Source: Octopus vulgaris
Taxonomy: Eukaryota
Direction: 5' to 3'
NCBI GenBank assembly: GCA_951406725.2
Contig: OX597829.1
Span: 2,542,001-2,606,000, forward strand
Length of the DNA stretch: 64,000 bases
This document shows, one piece after another, positions 1-14,914 of the stretch (the first letter of the stretch is position 1; each line of letters opens with the position of its first letter). The translations under genes were made by a program, and so were the position numbers. The notes beneath the pieces were generated by a model, which searched no databases, was not told where the DNA came from, and saw nothing but the letters and a program-made list of their open reading frames with translations.

Positions 1-157
1 ATACACACATACATACACACGTACATACATACATACATACATACATACATACATACATACATACATACATACACACATACATACACACGTACATACATAC
101 ATACATACATACATACATACATACATACATACATACATACATACATACATACACACA

Positions 158-190
<33 letters not shown>

Positions 191-205
191 TCATACGTAC
201 ATACA

Positions 206-237
<32 letters not shown>

Positions 238-490
238 CATACATGCATGCATGCATGCGTGCATACATACATACATACATACATACATACATACATACAT
301 ACATACATACATGTATACATACATACATACATACATACATACATACATACATACATGCATACATACATGTATACATACATACATGCATGCAAGCGTGCAT
401 ATATACATACATACATACATACATACATACATACATACATACATACATACATACATACTTACGTACATACGTACATGCATACATACATAC
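1..490. repeat. (ATAC)n compound microsatellite
   Basis: Direct reading; produces spurious YIHT/MYVC ORFs. Confidence 0.97.
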
Positions 491-924
491 AAACAAGAAG
501 TACTGTGATTGTCGTGGGAGACTATCGACTATACGATGGAAGCTATCTCCAACTTTGAAGCCACAACTATCAGTCCTGTTAAATAACTGGTTAATCTTCA
601 GATAAATTTACTAAGGAAGCCTTTTATTCAAGATCGTAGTGATTTTCGACTGAGACTTGAATTTATCATTCAGAGAGATACTACAAACAGCATGGCTGGA
701 CAAACAACAACAACAACACGAATGAGGAACAAAACGAAAAGGATAGCACAACAGGTAGGCAAATTATTTCCGGCTGTGGTTACAGAAGAAACTGTAAATA
801 CAGTTTCTGTGGAGTTTCCCAAACCAAACAGATCAGGTGCTAAAACATAACAGACTGGACCTAATGGTGGTGGACAAGATGCACCACATGTGCTATGTAG
901 TTGATGCTGCATGACCCTTAATAG

Positions 925-1232
925 TCAAGAAGGGAGGCAGAAAATAGATAAATACATGTACGAAATAGCCCGGCTATGGAAAATGAAGAAGGTGAAGATA
1001 GTGCCAATTATTTTTGGGTCCTTGGGAACAGTATAAGAAGGCATCATGAGGAATATAAAGGAAATTGGAACAGAGTGCCCAGTAGAACTGTTACAAAAGG
1101 TTTGCCTCGTTGGCATGGCCAGAATAATTAGGAAAGTATTTGATAGATGAATAGAACGAATAGCATGGAACTGTAGGCTGCAGGCAGCAAGCCCGCAAAG
1201 CTTTCTCACAACGAAACCTGAGAGAAAGAGAT
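925..1232 (+). mobile_element. 3' end fragment of R4/Dong-like (RLE) non-LTR retrotransposon
   Basis: Translates KIDKYMYEIARLWKMKKVKIVPIIFGSLGTV*...ECPVELLQKVCLVGMARIIRKVFDR*, the typical C-terminus of R4/Dong ORFs; a short 3'UTR then runs into (TAA)n. Confidence 0.75.
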
Positions 1233-1245
1233 AATGATGATGATG

Positions 1246-1315
<70 letters not shown>

Positions 1316-1333
1316 TAATAATAATAATGATAT

Positions 1334-1412
<79 letters not shown>

Positions 1413-1442
1413 TATAATAATAATTATAATTATAATAATAAT

Positions 1443-1507
<65 letters not shown>
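1233..1507. repeat. (TAA)n/(CAA)n microsatellite
   Basis: Direct reading. Confidence 0.97.
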
Positions 1508-1509
<2 letters not shown>

Positions 1510-2343
1510 CAGTACCAGGCAGTGGTTCTCATGGCTTCTGATCTTAACCGATTGGAAGTGTTATCATGTACATTGTTTTGTCTTGGTATAAAAGATGGCC
1601 TACAGCAAATATTCTGCTCAATACCACAGATTTGCTGGTCAGTTGTTTGACCTTAACCAGTTGACCATGTCCCCTAGTGGCTGACGATATGTGCATCTCT
1701 GATCATGAGCAGAAGTAGTGGGGGAGCATCATAGCCATGTGTTGAGAGGGATTCTTTGGGGCTTGAATAATTCACCTTTCGAAACAATGGCCTGATGCAG
1801 TACCAGGCAGTGGCTCTCATGGCTTCTGATCTTAACTGATTGGAAGTGTTATCATGTACATTGTTTTGTCTTGGTATAAAAGATGGGCTACAGCAAATAT
1901 TCTGCTCAATACCACAGATTTGCTTGTCAGTTGTTTGACCTTAATCAGTTGAGCATGTCCCTTAGTGGCTGGCGATATGTGCATCTCTGATCACGAGCAG
2001 AAGTAATGGGGGAGCATCATAGCCATGTGTTGTGAAGGATTCTTTGGGGTTTGAATAATTCACCTCTGGAAACATGGGTGTTTCTTTCAACATCCTTAAA
2101 CAACCCTTATTCAGGGACCTTTTTAGCGGGATGAGCTACTCAACCTGAAGAAAATTCTAATTGAGCCCCACTTGCAGGGTCATGTGCTGTTTATCTTGAT
2201 ATCAGATCACCATGTCACGCACATATGGTTGTGATGCATGTACCAAGTGTACCCTTATCAGACGAGTAGTCTTGATGGGTATACTGGGTTCCGTATATTT
2301 TACCCCAGTGTCACTTTGATGGCATACACTGCTCTCTCACTCA
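1508..2343. mobile_element. Unclassified insertion between (TAA)n tracts with internal ~289-bp tandem duplication
   Basis: gcagtaccaggcagtgg...gaataattcacct occurs from ~1509 and again from ~1797; both outer flanks are TAA/CAA repeats. Confidence 0.55.
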
Positions 2344-2398
2344 ATAACAACAACAACAACAACAACAACAACAATAATAATAATAATAATAATAATAA

Positions 2399-2737
2399 CT
2401 AGCACTATGACCCGGCAACGCCGGGTCATATTGCTAGTGCGCACATATATGTGAGTACTGTCCAAATCTCCGACCAATCACATACAGCTAGCTGGCATTC
2501 AATTGGCGTATCAAGTTTCGGGCATTTTGATTGGGTTTTGGATAGAAAATTCACAAAAAAGTCACTTCTATTGATTTTTTAATGGCTTTGCGGGGTTACT
2601 GGGGAAATGTAAAGAAGTGCACGACCACCCTTGGACGGTTTTGAATGACTATAGAAAGTGCGAGCCCACTAACTAAAAAATTGTGGATTTGTATAAAGGA
2701 CACACAGACAGACAGACATTTTGCCGTTTATATATAT
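2399..2737 (-). mobile_element. Non-autonomous Helitron, family A
   Basis: Terminal CTAG with palindrome actagcactatgacccggc-aac-gccgggtcatattgctagt; other end gccgtttatata; close copies at 19823-20178 and 42681-43037. Confidence 0.8.
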
Positions 2738-2738
2738 A

Positions 2739-3581
2739 CTAGCAGAATTGCCCGGCGTTTCTCGGGGCTGAATTGCTTGAAAGTACTGTTAATGATTGCA
2801 CTGAATTATGATGATTATTCAGGCAAATATTGATATAAGTTTACGGTGGGAGATAAGGACTTAACGATAAAACGTGTGCCATTGCATTGTTTTGGGGGAA
2901 CCAAATTTCTGATGAGCATTATAGGGGCACCAACTTTAAGTTTGAGAAAGTGTGGTGGTAGTCCGGGGTGCTCAAAGGAATTGAGTACCTCTATTGGATA
3001 GTTGATGACGTCCTCTGGGTCAGGAGTTGTATCGATAGACTGATATACATAGACTTCCCCAGGAATGAGTTTTAGCATTTCATCATTAATATGGTGAACA
3101 GTTTTATTCCTCGGGGCCAGTATAGCCTTTTGCCAATCCAATCCATATTCTGATAATTAGCTTGTAGATCTGGGAACACTGCATCTCTGAGATCAGAAGG
3201 CGTCTTAACAATGGTACAAATGGAATCGATGGCAATATTACCATTTTCATCCCCTGGTATTTTGCCTTCGCCAAGTGCAAGGAGGGTGTGAGGAAATGCT
3301 GCTGATGTGATATTACGTCGCATATGAGCACGCATATTGTTGTGAAGTTTGAGAGTTACTTCCCTTTATTAAAAAAAATATGCATGAAAATGAAAAAAAA
3401 TGATGGTAAATTATTTTTAAAATCGTAGACTCATCGTAGACGCGCGCTAATACCCAGAAGGGCTCGATATGAATCACGACTATAAGATACCCGGTTTTGG
3501 TTAAACTGCATTGCAAAATGTGGGAGTAGTTAGGAATCTAAATCGGAGTAGACAGACACACAACCTTTCTTTTATATATAA
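2739..3581 (-). mobile_element. Internally deleted Helitron (family B) carrying a helicase fragment
   Basis: 3' end (rev-comp) ...cccgagaaacgccgggcaattctgCTAG with subterminal hairpin; internal PIF1-like sequence; TATATAAAA-type 5' end. Confidence 0.8.
2826..3335 (-). pseudogene. PIF1-family helicase fragment (Helitron RepHel C-terminal region), frameshifted
   Basis: NMRAHMRR...LLALGEGKI...AVFPDL / AILAPRNKTVHHIN...YPIEVLNS...GLPPHFLKLKVGAPIMLIRNL..CNGTRFIVKSL; frameshift near 3140. Confidence 0.9.
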
Positions 3582-3585
3582 ATAT

Positions 3586-4765
3586 TTTCGTCCTAAAAAA
3601 CTTTGTATGGATTGAATGGTTACCTCTATGGAAATATATACATGCACATTATACATACATGTGTGTATAGATGAATATATGAATACATTTAAATATCTAT
3701 ATGCACTTTTGGGCGATCTTTCTTTTTCTTAGAGATAACTTTAGATCTTATATTCGTCCGTCCTAAAAAACTTTGTATGGAGTGAAAGGTTACCTCTATG
3801 GAAATATATACACACACATTATACATACATCTGTGTATAGATGAATATATAAATACATTTAAATATCTATATACACTTTTGGGCGATCTTTCTTTTTCTT
3901 AGAGATAACTTTAGATCTTATTTTCGTCCTAAAAAACCTTTGTATGGAGTGAATGGTTACCTCTATGGAAATATACACACACACGTTATACATACATGTG
4001 TGCATAGATGAATATATAAATACATTTAAATATCTATATACACTTTTGGGCGATCTTTCTTTTTCTTAGAGATAACTTTAGATCTTATTTTCGTCCTAAA
4101 AAACTTTGTATGGAGTGAATGGTTACCTCTATGGAAATATATACACGCACATTATACATACATGTGTGTATAGATGAATATATAAATACATTTAAATATC
4201 TATATACACTTTTGGGCGATCTTTATTTTTCTTAGAGATAACTTTAGATCTTATATTCGTCCTAAAAAAACTTTGTATGGAGTGAAAGGTTACCTCTATG
4301 GAAATATATACACACACATTATACATACATCTGTGTATAGATGAATATATAAATACATTTAAATATCTATATACACTTTTGGGCGATCTTTCTTTTTCTT
4401 AGAGATAACTTTAGATCTTATTTTCGTCCTAAAAAACTTTGTATGGAGTGAATGGTTACCTCTATGGAAATATATACACACACGTTATACATACATGTGT
4501 GCATAGATGAATATATAAATACATTTAAATATCTATATACACTTTTGGGCGATCTTTCTGCTACTTGTATATACTTTAGATCTTATATTCGTCCTAAAAA
4601 ACTTTGTATGGAGTGAAAGGTTACCGCTATGGAAATATATACACACACATTATACATACATCTGTGTATAGATGAATATATAAATACATTTAAATATCTA
4701 TATACACATTTGGGCGATCTTTCTGCTACTTGGATATAGGTCTTATATTCGTCGTAAAAAACTTT
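3586..4765. repeat. Tandem satellite, ~167-bp unit, ~7 copies
   Basis: ttcgtcctaaaaaactttgtatgga recurs at ~3586, 3757, 3922, 4089, 4256, 4423, 4588, partial at 4748. Confidence 0.95.
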
Positions 4766-4783
4766 CCTGCCACACACTCACGC

Positions 4784-4824
<41 letters not shown>

Positions 4825-5238
4825 TCCTCACACACACACACACGCACACACACACACACTCACACACACACATTAGCTTACAATTTTATTTATATATTTG
4901 CGTGTCTATGTGTGTAAAGAGGAAGTGGGAATGTAGAGTGAAAGAGTCACTCACTACAGAAAGTGAATTACTTTCACTTTATTCGTTGCACACTGTGTGT
5001 GTGCGTTTGCGTGTGCTGTATCCCACACTAAGAGAAGCATTTGACTCATACACCACAATGTGAGTTTTCTCTAAATTTTGCTTAATTGGGGTTGAAATTT
5101 TAAAAAGTGGACCTGGCACGACCCGATGCATTCTACTCTTAAAAATGCTAGGTAAATTGTAATTGAAGAAATCCTATATTGTAGATTTCTATAAGATACA
5201 AAGGGAGGCAGATAAAATCTGCCTTTTATAATAAGAGA
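4766..5238 (-). mobile_element. Helitron-like family C 5' segment
   Basis: ~5000-5238 is the reverse complement of 17422-17650; begins A|TCTCTTATTATAAAAGGCAGATTTTATCTGCC. Confidence 0.65.
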
Positions 5239-5542
5239 TAGATGTTGTACAGGAAAACTGCGCACCCCTCCCGGTAAAAAGTGGTAGTAGCCAGACAGAC
5301 GGAAGTCAGAAGGTCGAGGTCACGTGTAGACTGTGTCGACAGTCGTGTCAGTGCTGATATAGTAACTATACTGTGGTATTGAGTGGAAGTTTTGAGGATA
5401 ACATTGTACGACTAGAGGTCATACAGTGCCAGATAGAACATTCTATCGATGACTTTGGAATATATGTAATAATATTTGTCACAGCGACAACCGTCGTCAA
5501 AAGACAGATGCAACAATGGCAAAAGATGACATTACAACAGCA

Positions 5543-6010
<468 letters not shown>

Positions 6011-6469
6011 AGGATTTGAGGTGAAAGAGAAGCAACATCAAAAGCAACTCTCCGAAAATCTGAAAGGCAAAAACTGAGAAAATTTCTAACTGAGAATTGT
6101 AAAAGGACGTAACTACCTTATCACGTGGCATATTTTCTTAGTGCTTCATTGGCTCTTAGTACTAACAGCAGTTAGTAGCAGAGAAACAACTCAGAGTAGC
6201 CAGAAAAATTCTCGCTGGTGTAATTCATGTACTCAGGTACGGCTCATCTCAGTACATATTAATATAAAATCATTTATTGATATAAGATGTGCACACACAA
6301 AAAAAGGGGTTTTCGGTTGCGCATACTATAAGAGTCACAAGGCGCTGCTCCACGTGGTCCCGCAATTACCATCCAACTAGGAATATTTAGGGGTCTCATT
6401 CATTGTCTTGTATTCAAGATCCTCTGCATGACATCCTGCTAGTTCAAAGCTAGGAATCTGATCTGTTCG

Positions 6470-6623
6470 GGGTCCTTATTTGCATAACTTACATTCGACG
6501 GATATTTGTCCTCGTCTTGTTTGTTTTTACCACAATGTTTTGGCTGATTTATTCTCCTGCCTTCATCAGGTGTCTTGGAGAAATTTTGAATCCAAACCAT
6601 TCCTAATGTATTTTTTGCTGATA

Positions 6624-6625
<2 letters not shown>
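6470..6625 (-). mobile_element. Short repeat (family H1) with decayed hammerhead motif
   Basis: Homologous to 8410-8605 and 48368-48510; rev-comp gacac-CTGATGA-a-ggcag...cagcc-aaaac (G12 lost). Confidence 0.7.
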
Positions 6626-6690
<65 letters not shown>

Positions 6691-6718
6691 CATTATTATT
6701 TTTATTTTTATTTTTATT

Positions 6719-8256
<1,538 letters not shown>

Positions 8257-8258
8257 GT

Positions 8259-8306
<48 letters not shown>

Positions 8307-8324
8307 TTATTATTATTATTTATT

Positions 8325-8605
8325 CAAGGCAATGTCTGTAATTGAACTCGAAATCATGGGGTTAATAGCCTGCGTTCTTAACCCTTACGCTATATGCTCG
8401 TGGGCATATAATAATAACATCAGCAAAAAATATATCTTAGCAATGAGAACCCAGGGTTGGGTTCAAAATTCTACCAGGACACCTGATGAAGGCTGGAGAG
8501 TAAATCACTCGAAACGTTGTAGTAACAAGATGAGGACACATATCCGTCCAATTTAGATAATGTAAATGATGTATATAATTCCTCATCTCTAAAACGTAGA
8601 ACACT
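8325..8605. mobile_element. Family H1 element: tRNA-like head (minus) back-to-back with HHR-bearing body (plus)
   Basis: 8325-8395 is similar to the tRNA-like head at 48540-48607; 8478-8523 gacac-CTGATGA-aggctg...c-GAAA-cgtt-gt. Confidence 0.7.
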
Positions 8606-9604
8606 GTTAATTCCTGCCGATAACTAAATCCACGCCCTGCAACCAACGCTTCGACTTATTGGCATTGAGGTTTATTCCTCTAATGGTTAAGGTTTTGTCT
8701 GTCTCCTACTCTTCCACCTGCCTAGCCTCGTAAGACCGGCTTGAAGATTTCTCTCGCTCCAGATAGCTTTCCGAGTCAATGGAGTACACAGGAACTTCAC
8801 CGCGACAAGTTACTTGCTGAATTGGCCGTTGACTACACAGTAGTTCTTCCGTCCTTTGACGGGCCTTATTTTTCGTCCCACAGGGTGTCCAACAATCATC
8901 CTCCTCACCAAGCAAGCTTAATGAGGCTGCCAGTTTAGTCGCTGACGATCCGAACATGTGATAGGTTGTACTGGGTTACATGTTACCAGTAGCGCTAAAG
9001 AACGACCTGACACTAAAAGAAAAAAAATATTAAGATAGGCTGTATATTACTGAAAATATATTATTGATTACCGAGAATGCGTCTTTTGTGCAAATTGGTG
9101 TATCCAGCTTAATAAAACCTTGAATGATGTCGTAGAGAGTCACAGTGGGCAATCAGCAGTGGATGAATTCTTGATAAACTTGTACCGTTGATTCCTTTCT
9201 TTTCCCACTGATGGTGATATTGTATCAAAAGGCTGTCGTTTATGATTCTCTAGACTTAAGTTACATATGCAGTGCCGACTGATTTGTATAGGTTTATCCT
9301 GGTGTACGTTACTGTTTGTAGAATGTGCTCGAAATCCCACCATTCTTCGAGAAACACAATACGTATCTTACGGGTGGTGTTTCAACTTCGCCTTAGTCAC
9401 GATGAATAAAAAAGTATAGAAGAAAAACAAAGAATTAAAGAATCTGTGTATATAAACACGAATTATTTTTCTTTCTTTATGACACAATTCTGAAAATTTT
9501 CTCCACGAAATGTTAAACTCTTTACTGACCAATTCACCCGAGACTACTACAGTTTCCATGATACAAACATGGCTATTTTTAAATATTTATATTTAAACTG
9601 AAAG

Positions 9605-9774
9605 ACGCAACGAACATTTTAGGAAAATAAAAATAAGAAAAAAGTGGAAATTTTACCGGTGACTGTGTTATATTATAAGGCACAAAAAGAAAATGACTCT
9701 CCCCAGACACATCAGAATATGCTTCAACACACGAACTCATATTAAGCATCTGGCAAACCAAATCCAAAAACGAA
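9605..9774 (+). mobile_element. Short repeat family H3, 5'-truncated, with 14-bp target-site duplication
   Basis: Homologous to 39985-40095 and 36175-36270; atttaaactgaaag repeated at 9591-9604 and 9775-9788. Confidence 0.7.
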
Positions 9775-9954
9775 ATTTAAACTGAAAGTTTCCATTTTAT
9801 TTTCATCTATGAAAATATTGTTGTTCTAAACAGTAATAACCATGTTACTTGTGCTACTAAATCCTACCAAGTTCATTTAAAATATACTACCAAGTATATA
9901 TTTGGTAGTATATTTCATTGTAAATAACGTTATGAAATGCTTTATATATGATAG

Positions 9955-10330
9955 ATTCACGTGCCAAAATAATTGTGCAGTATGTTCTACAAAGCCACAT
10001 ATGAACTGCAAAACCAAGAGCACTGTATACCAAATTAAGTGCCAAGAAGGAGCTTGCGCGACTAACCCAGAGTCATACATAGGCGAGACTTCTAGGAGTA
10101 TCAATGATAGGTTCAAAGAACACCTGGACAACTACATCGAAAAGAAACCAAACTCCATCTTCTATCAGCATGCTGTAGACTGCCTCAAGGGCTCCTTAGG
10201 GAGACTTGAGTTAAGCATCTTATCCACACATCCCACTGATGCAATGCTGAGACAGGTCACGGAAGCTGTCTGTATACAAGAATACAAACAAACCCACTCT
10301 CAACCAAAAATCCGAATGGGGTAACATCCA
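9955..10330 (+). pseudogene. GIY-YIG endonuclease domain fragment of a Penelope-like element
   Basis: C..C...NCKTKSTVYQIKC....C....YIGETSRSINDRFKEH...LRQVTEAVCI: VY/YIG motifs with PLE-type cysteines. Confidence 0.85.
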
Positions 10331-10379
10331 GATTCCACTCGGGAGTACCATTCTATAACCACCCCTCTCTCTCTCATTT

Positions 10380-11077
10380 ACATGTAGTAATCCATGCATA
10401 CATGTTGAAATGCATGGTACTAAAATACATATATGCAGTTATATATAACCGTACGAGTGTACATTGTTTGATATGTATGTACGTATGTGTAGATGTATAT
10501 GTGTGTATACATGTGTGTATGTGTTGTGTGTTGTGTATATTAGTGTATAAGTATGTACATGCATGCACATATGAGTATGTGTAAATATATATATGTATGC
10601 ATATAAAAAAAGAATAAATAGAATATAAAGCAAGTTTGAATTTTAACCGTTGTCCTCCAAAAGAGTGTCATATATGTGTTTGTGTGTGTGTGTGTACGTG
10701 TGTATGTATGTATGGGTATATATATATATATATATGTATGTATATATATGTATATGTATGTATATATATATATGTATATATGTATATATATATATATGTG
10801 TGTGTGTATGTGTGTACGTGTGTATATGTATATGTATATATGTATGTAGAGATGGATGAGCGTATATGTGTGTATACTTTAAGATTATACGTATATTTGT
10901 GAGTATGTGCAAGAGTCTATATGATTGTGTGTATACGTATATATATATAAGGTTATATGTGCATATATGTATCTAAGACGTTGTATCCATTCAGAGCTAG
11001 ACGGTGGTGAGAGGGACAAACACTCACGCACACTCATATATATATATATATGTGTGTGTGTGTCACATATATGTATA

Positions 11078-11115
<38 letters not shown>

Positions 11116-11609
11116 ACCGTCAACAAAGTAACAGTCATGTATACAACTTGAACTGACAGTACATATCAGTACATAAACATACGTTCACATGTACACACAC
11201 AGACACGTCTATACACTCTCTAAAATACTCACATACATACGTAAAAGCGTATAGGCATGCACACATGCATGCGTACATACATGTACACACATACATACGC
11301 ACATACACACATACATACATACATACATACATACATACATACATACATACATACATACACACATACATACATACATACATGCATGCATGCATACATACAT
11401 ACATACACACATACATACATACATACATACATACATACATACATACATACATACATACATACATACATACATACATACATACATGCACATGCACAAACAC
11501 ACACACACACATACATACATTCATACATACATGCATGCATGCACATACATACATACATACATACATACATACATACACACACATATACATACATACATAC
11601 ATACATACT

Positions 11610-11641
<32 letters not shown>

Positions 11642-11665
11642 CATACATACGTACATATATATATC
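10380..11665. repeat. Compound (TA)/(TG)/(ATAC)n microsatellite region
   Basis: Direct reading. Confidence 0.9.
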
Positions 11666-11685
11666 ATGAACTAACTGTTACTTCC

Positions 11686-11830
11686 TCAGATGCAGCACGA
11701 AGTTTTGTCAGTGAAGAGGTCGCGGTCTGAAAGCGACGAAAATATTTTGACAAATTAAATTTAAATGTTGAAGTGAATCTAACGGTTTTTGTGTGTTTCT
11801 TAAATGGCTTACAAACACCTTCCACGCTGA
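11686..11830 (+). mobile_element. Short repeat family H2 with hammerhead-like fold
   Basis: Homologous to 32970-33112 (minus) and 46422-46530; tttgtca-GTGAAGA-g-gtcgc-loop-gcgac-GAAA-atat-tt-tgacaaa at 11704-11754. Confidence 0.7.
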
Positions 11831-11982
11831 ATAGAGCTGAATAAGTCTTTTTTGAATTCGAAATATTGAAAATATAATTTACTCTTTTCATTTTTCATCT
11901 ACATTATTATTTGGTCATAATGTGAACACTTTAATCATGTTTAGTGGATCAGAGTCGACCTAGAGCTATATAGCAACAGCAG

Positions 11983-12345
11983 TGGAGGCGCAATGGCACA
12001 GTGGTTAGGGCAGCAGACTCGCGGTCGGAGGATCGCGGTTTCGATTCCCAGACCGGGCGTTGTGTGTGTTTATTGAGCGAAAACACCTAAAAGCTCCACG
12101 AGGCCCCGGCAGGGGGTGGTGACGACCCCTGTTGTACTCTTTCGCTCCAACTTTCTCTCACTCTTTCTTCCTGTTTCTTGTCCCCGACTTCCTACGCAAC
12201 CGCTGAGCCTGGAGGCGCATTCATCCATCCGTTGATGCTCTCGGTGCCGGGGTTTGACCTGCTTTCTCTTCTGCGGGTCTTACGAATAGCAAAAAGGACC
12301 ACGTTTCGGATTTCTCCCACTAACGGGACGAAGACCGCTTCGCTC
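11983..12345 (+). mobile_element. tRNA-derived SINE
   Basis: Box A tggcacagtggttagg, box B ggtttcgattccc, non-tRNA body, (CAAA)n tail. Confidence 0.8.
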
Positions 12346-12366
12346 AACAAACAAACAAGCAAACAA

Positions 12367-12398
<32 letters not shown>

Positions 12399-12802
12399 AA
12401 GCAAGGGAAGTCACTTTTGATAACAAAGAATTATTTATACTATGACCTTATAACAAAAATGGGATTTTCATAACGGAAGCCTCTTTTTACCATTGACTGT
12501 TATATGGTTGGCACCAACCCAAAGCTTAACAACATCAATAAGATAGATTCGTTCGATAATATAACCTTAAATACACTATGTCTGAATAAAAGATGGGATG
12601 GGCATTGCTGGAGCATTTTTAGATATTGCTGTGCTGGAACAAAACTGACCGAGGGTTAATAACATCACCAACATTACAACAGCATTTCAACATTCCAACG
12701 CATCTCTCTCGCTATCCACCGGAGCAAAGCTTTTACCATTTTGTCTGCTGGTGTCATGAGAAATGTTTCTATATTGTGAGAGGCAAGATTCTCCGTTAAC
12801 CT

Positions 12803-13226
12803 ATTTCTTTACTGCCCCCAAGGGGCTAAACACAGAGAGGACAAACGAGGACAGACAAACTGGTACTTAGTTTATCGACCCCGAAAGGATGAAAGGCAAA
12901 GTCAACCCCGGCGGAATTTGAACTCAGAATGTAGCGGCAGACGAAATACCGCTAAGCATTTCGCCCGGAGTGCTAACGTTTCTGCCAGCTCGCCGCCTTT
13001 TTCTGTACTACCCACAAGGGGCTAAACACAGAGAGGACAAACGAAGACAGACAAACGGATTAAGTCGATTATATCGACCCCAGTGCGTAACTGGTATTTA
13101 TTTAATCAACCCCGAAAGGATGAAAGGCAAAGTCGATCTCGGCGGAATTTGAACTCAGAATGTAGCGGCAGACGAAATACGGCAACACATTTCGCCCGGC
13201 GTGCTAACGTTTCTGCCAGCTCACCG
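12803..13226 (-). mobile_element. Tandem dimer of abundant tRNA-derived SINE (family S1)
   Basis: Two copies of ...cccgaaaggatgaaaggcaaagtc...gaactcag...gccagctc; flanked by direct repeat ctccgttaacc. Confidence 0.85.
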
Positions 13227-13890
13227 CTCCGTTAACCATTTACTTAAATCCTCAATGCGATTGATACTAATTGAGTGCCTCATAATGAGGAAACCTATTT
13301 TATTCGTAACTTGTATACACTTTCCTTAATAAACAACGGGTCCCACTTTCAACATTGCAATGAATTCAACGTGTAGATACGCGTAGATAGAATACCGTTC
13401 TTTGGAATAAACATGATTCGTTGACGAAATCTTGAATCTGATTCATCTCTAGAACTTAAATCGTTGAAAGAAGACCTCAATAAGAAAAGCATTTGTCGTA
13501 CCGACTACAATTCGGAGTAACAGCTTCATGGGAAAACCACTAAGAATACACACATACACGCACGCATTGTCTTCTAGACTTATAATCAATATCGACTCGA
13601 AAATTTTATTTTAGTACTTATTTTATCGATCTAACAAAACACGAAAGGCAGAGTCGGTTTGAGCATAATGGAATGCACCTGTTGCGCAGCAAAATACCAG
13701 CTGTTTTTGCTTGATAGACCAATTTTGTCTTTTTCTTTTGCACAAACTAACACTTTATACATACATTCACATGCTCATATACACGCAAACATATATGCAT
13801 ATGTGAATAAGTACACATGTCACACGCGCACGTAAACGCTCGCACAAACATACATATTTGCACACGCATATGTCTGTGAGTAAGTTGCAA

Positions 13891-13952
<62 letters not shown>

Positions 13953-14107
13953 GCCTGCTCGCTTGGCCAGCGAGGTGGCATCATTTGAAGGCTAAATCAA
14001 TGCGAAGCGCATTGTGATCAGCGATGTGTAGCAACATCTGATAGCCTGGTCGGTCACGGTGATATATATATATATATATATATATTCATCTGTGAGTAAG
14101 TTGTATA

Positions 14108-14165
<58 letters not shown>

Positions 14166-14206
14166 TACATACATATATATTATATATATGTATATATATA
14201 TATATA

Positions 14207-14403
14207 ACGGGAAAGTTTACGAAAATAAACAAAAGACGAAGGTAGGTGGAGTACAAACAAACAAATGTATTAGTATAGCGCTCAAGAATAGAAATAAAGT
14301 CTTTTACGTTTCGAGCCTACGCTCTTCGATAGATAGATACACAGAAAAAAAAACAAGGAGAGAAACAAGGAGAGAGAAAAAATGCGTGCTAACGATCTAT
14401 CAT
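14207..14403 (-). mobile_element. Short repeat family H4 inserted in (TA)n, HHR-like motif
   Basis: Homologous to 32648-32828; rev-comp ...ctatcga-a-gagc-gtag-gctc-GAAA-cg-ta-aaaga. Confidence 0.65.
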
Positions 14404-14435
14404 CATATACATATACATATATATCCATTTCTTTT

Positions 14436-14503
<68 letters not shown>

Positions 14504-14914
14504 TATAGAGAGAGAGAGAGAGAGAGAGATACGGCCATCTGTGTATCATACTTAATGTATATATATACTGTTGAAAAGTAAGATGCTGAGGCTCTTATCT
14601 AAGAGAAAATCTCAGATAAAACAGGAACGTAAAACACGTTTCGGCTTTTTGAGCCTAATGCTGGGCACTCGGCGATATATGTCTAGACGAAATTGACAGC
14701 CTAAGTCTATAGCGATGCTGGGTTGAAATTTACTTTGTCTACGCAATTAAAGAGCATTAAATAACCATCAATGTACCATACTTAAAGTATACACTCCATT
14801 AGAAGGCATGATGCTCTGGTTTTCGTTGAAGAGAAAATCTCTTCATAGACATGTTGAGTTAGAAACACAGTATATATTGAAGCAAGGTGAACATCGTCCT
14901 AGCATCGACCCACG

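Noticed and set aside
11983-12055. tRNA genes at 11983, 45355, 48540 and 60535
   Set aside because: Box A/B are present but the cloverleafs are incomplete and most continue into repeat bodies; interpreted as SINE heads.
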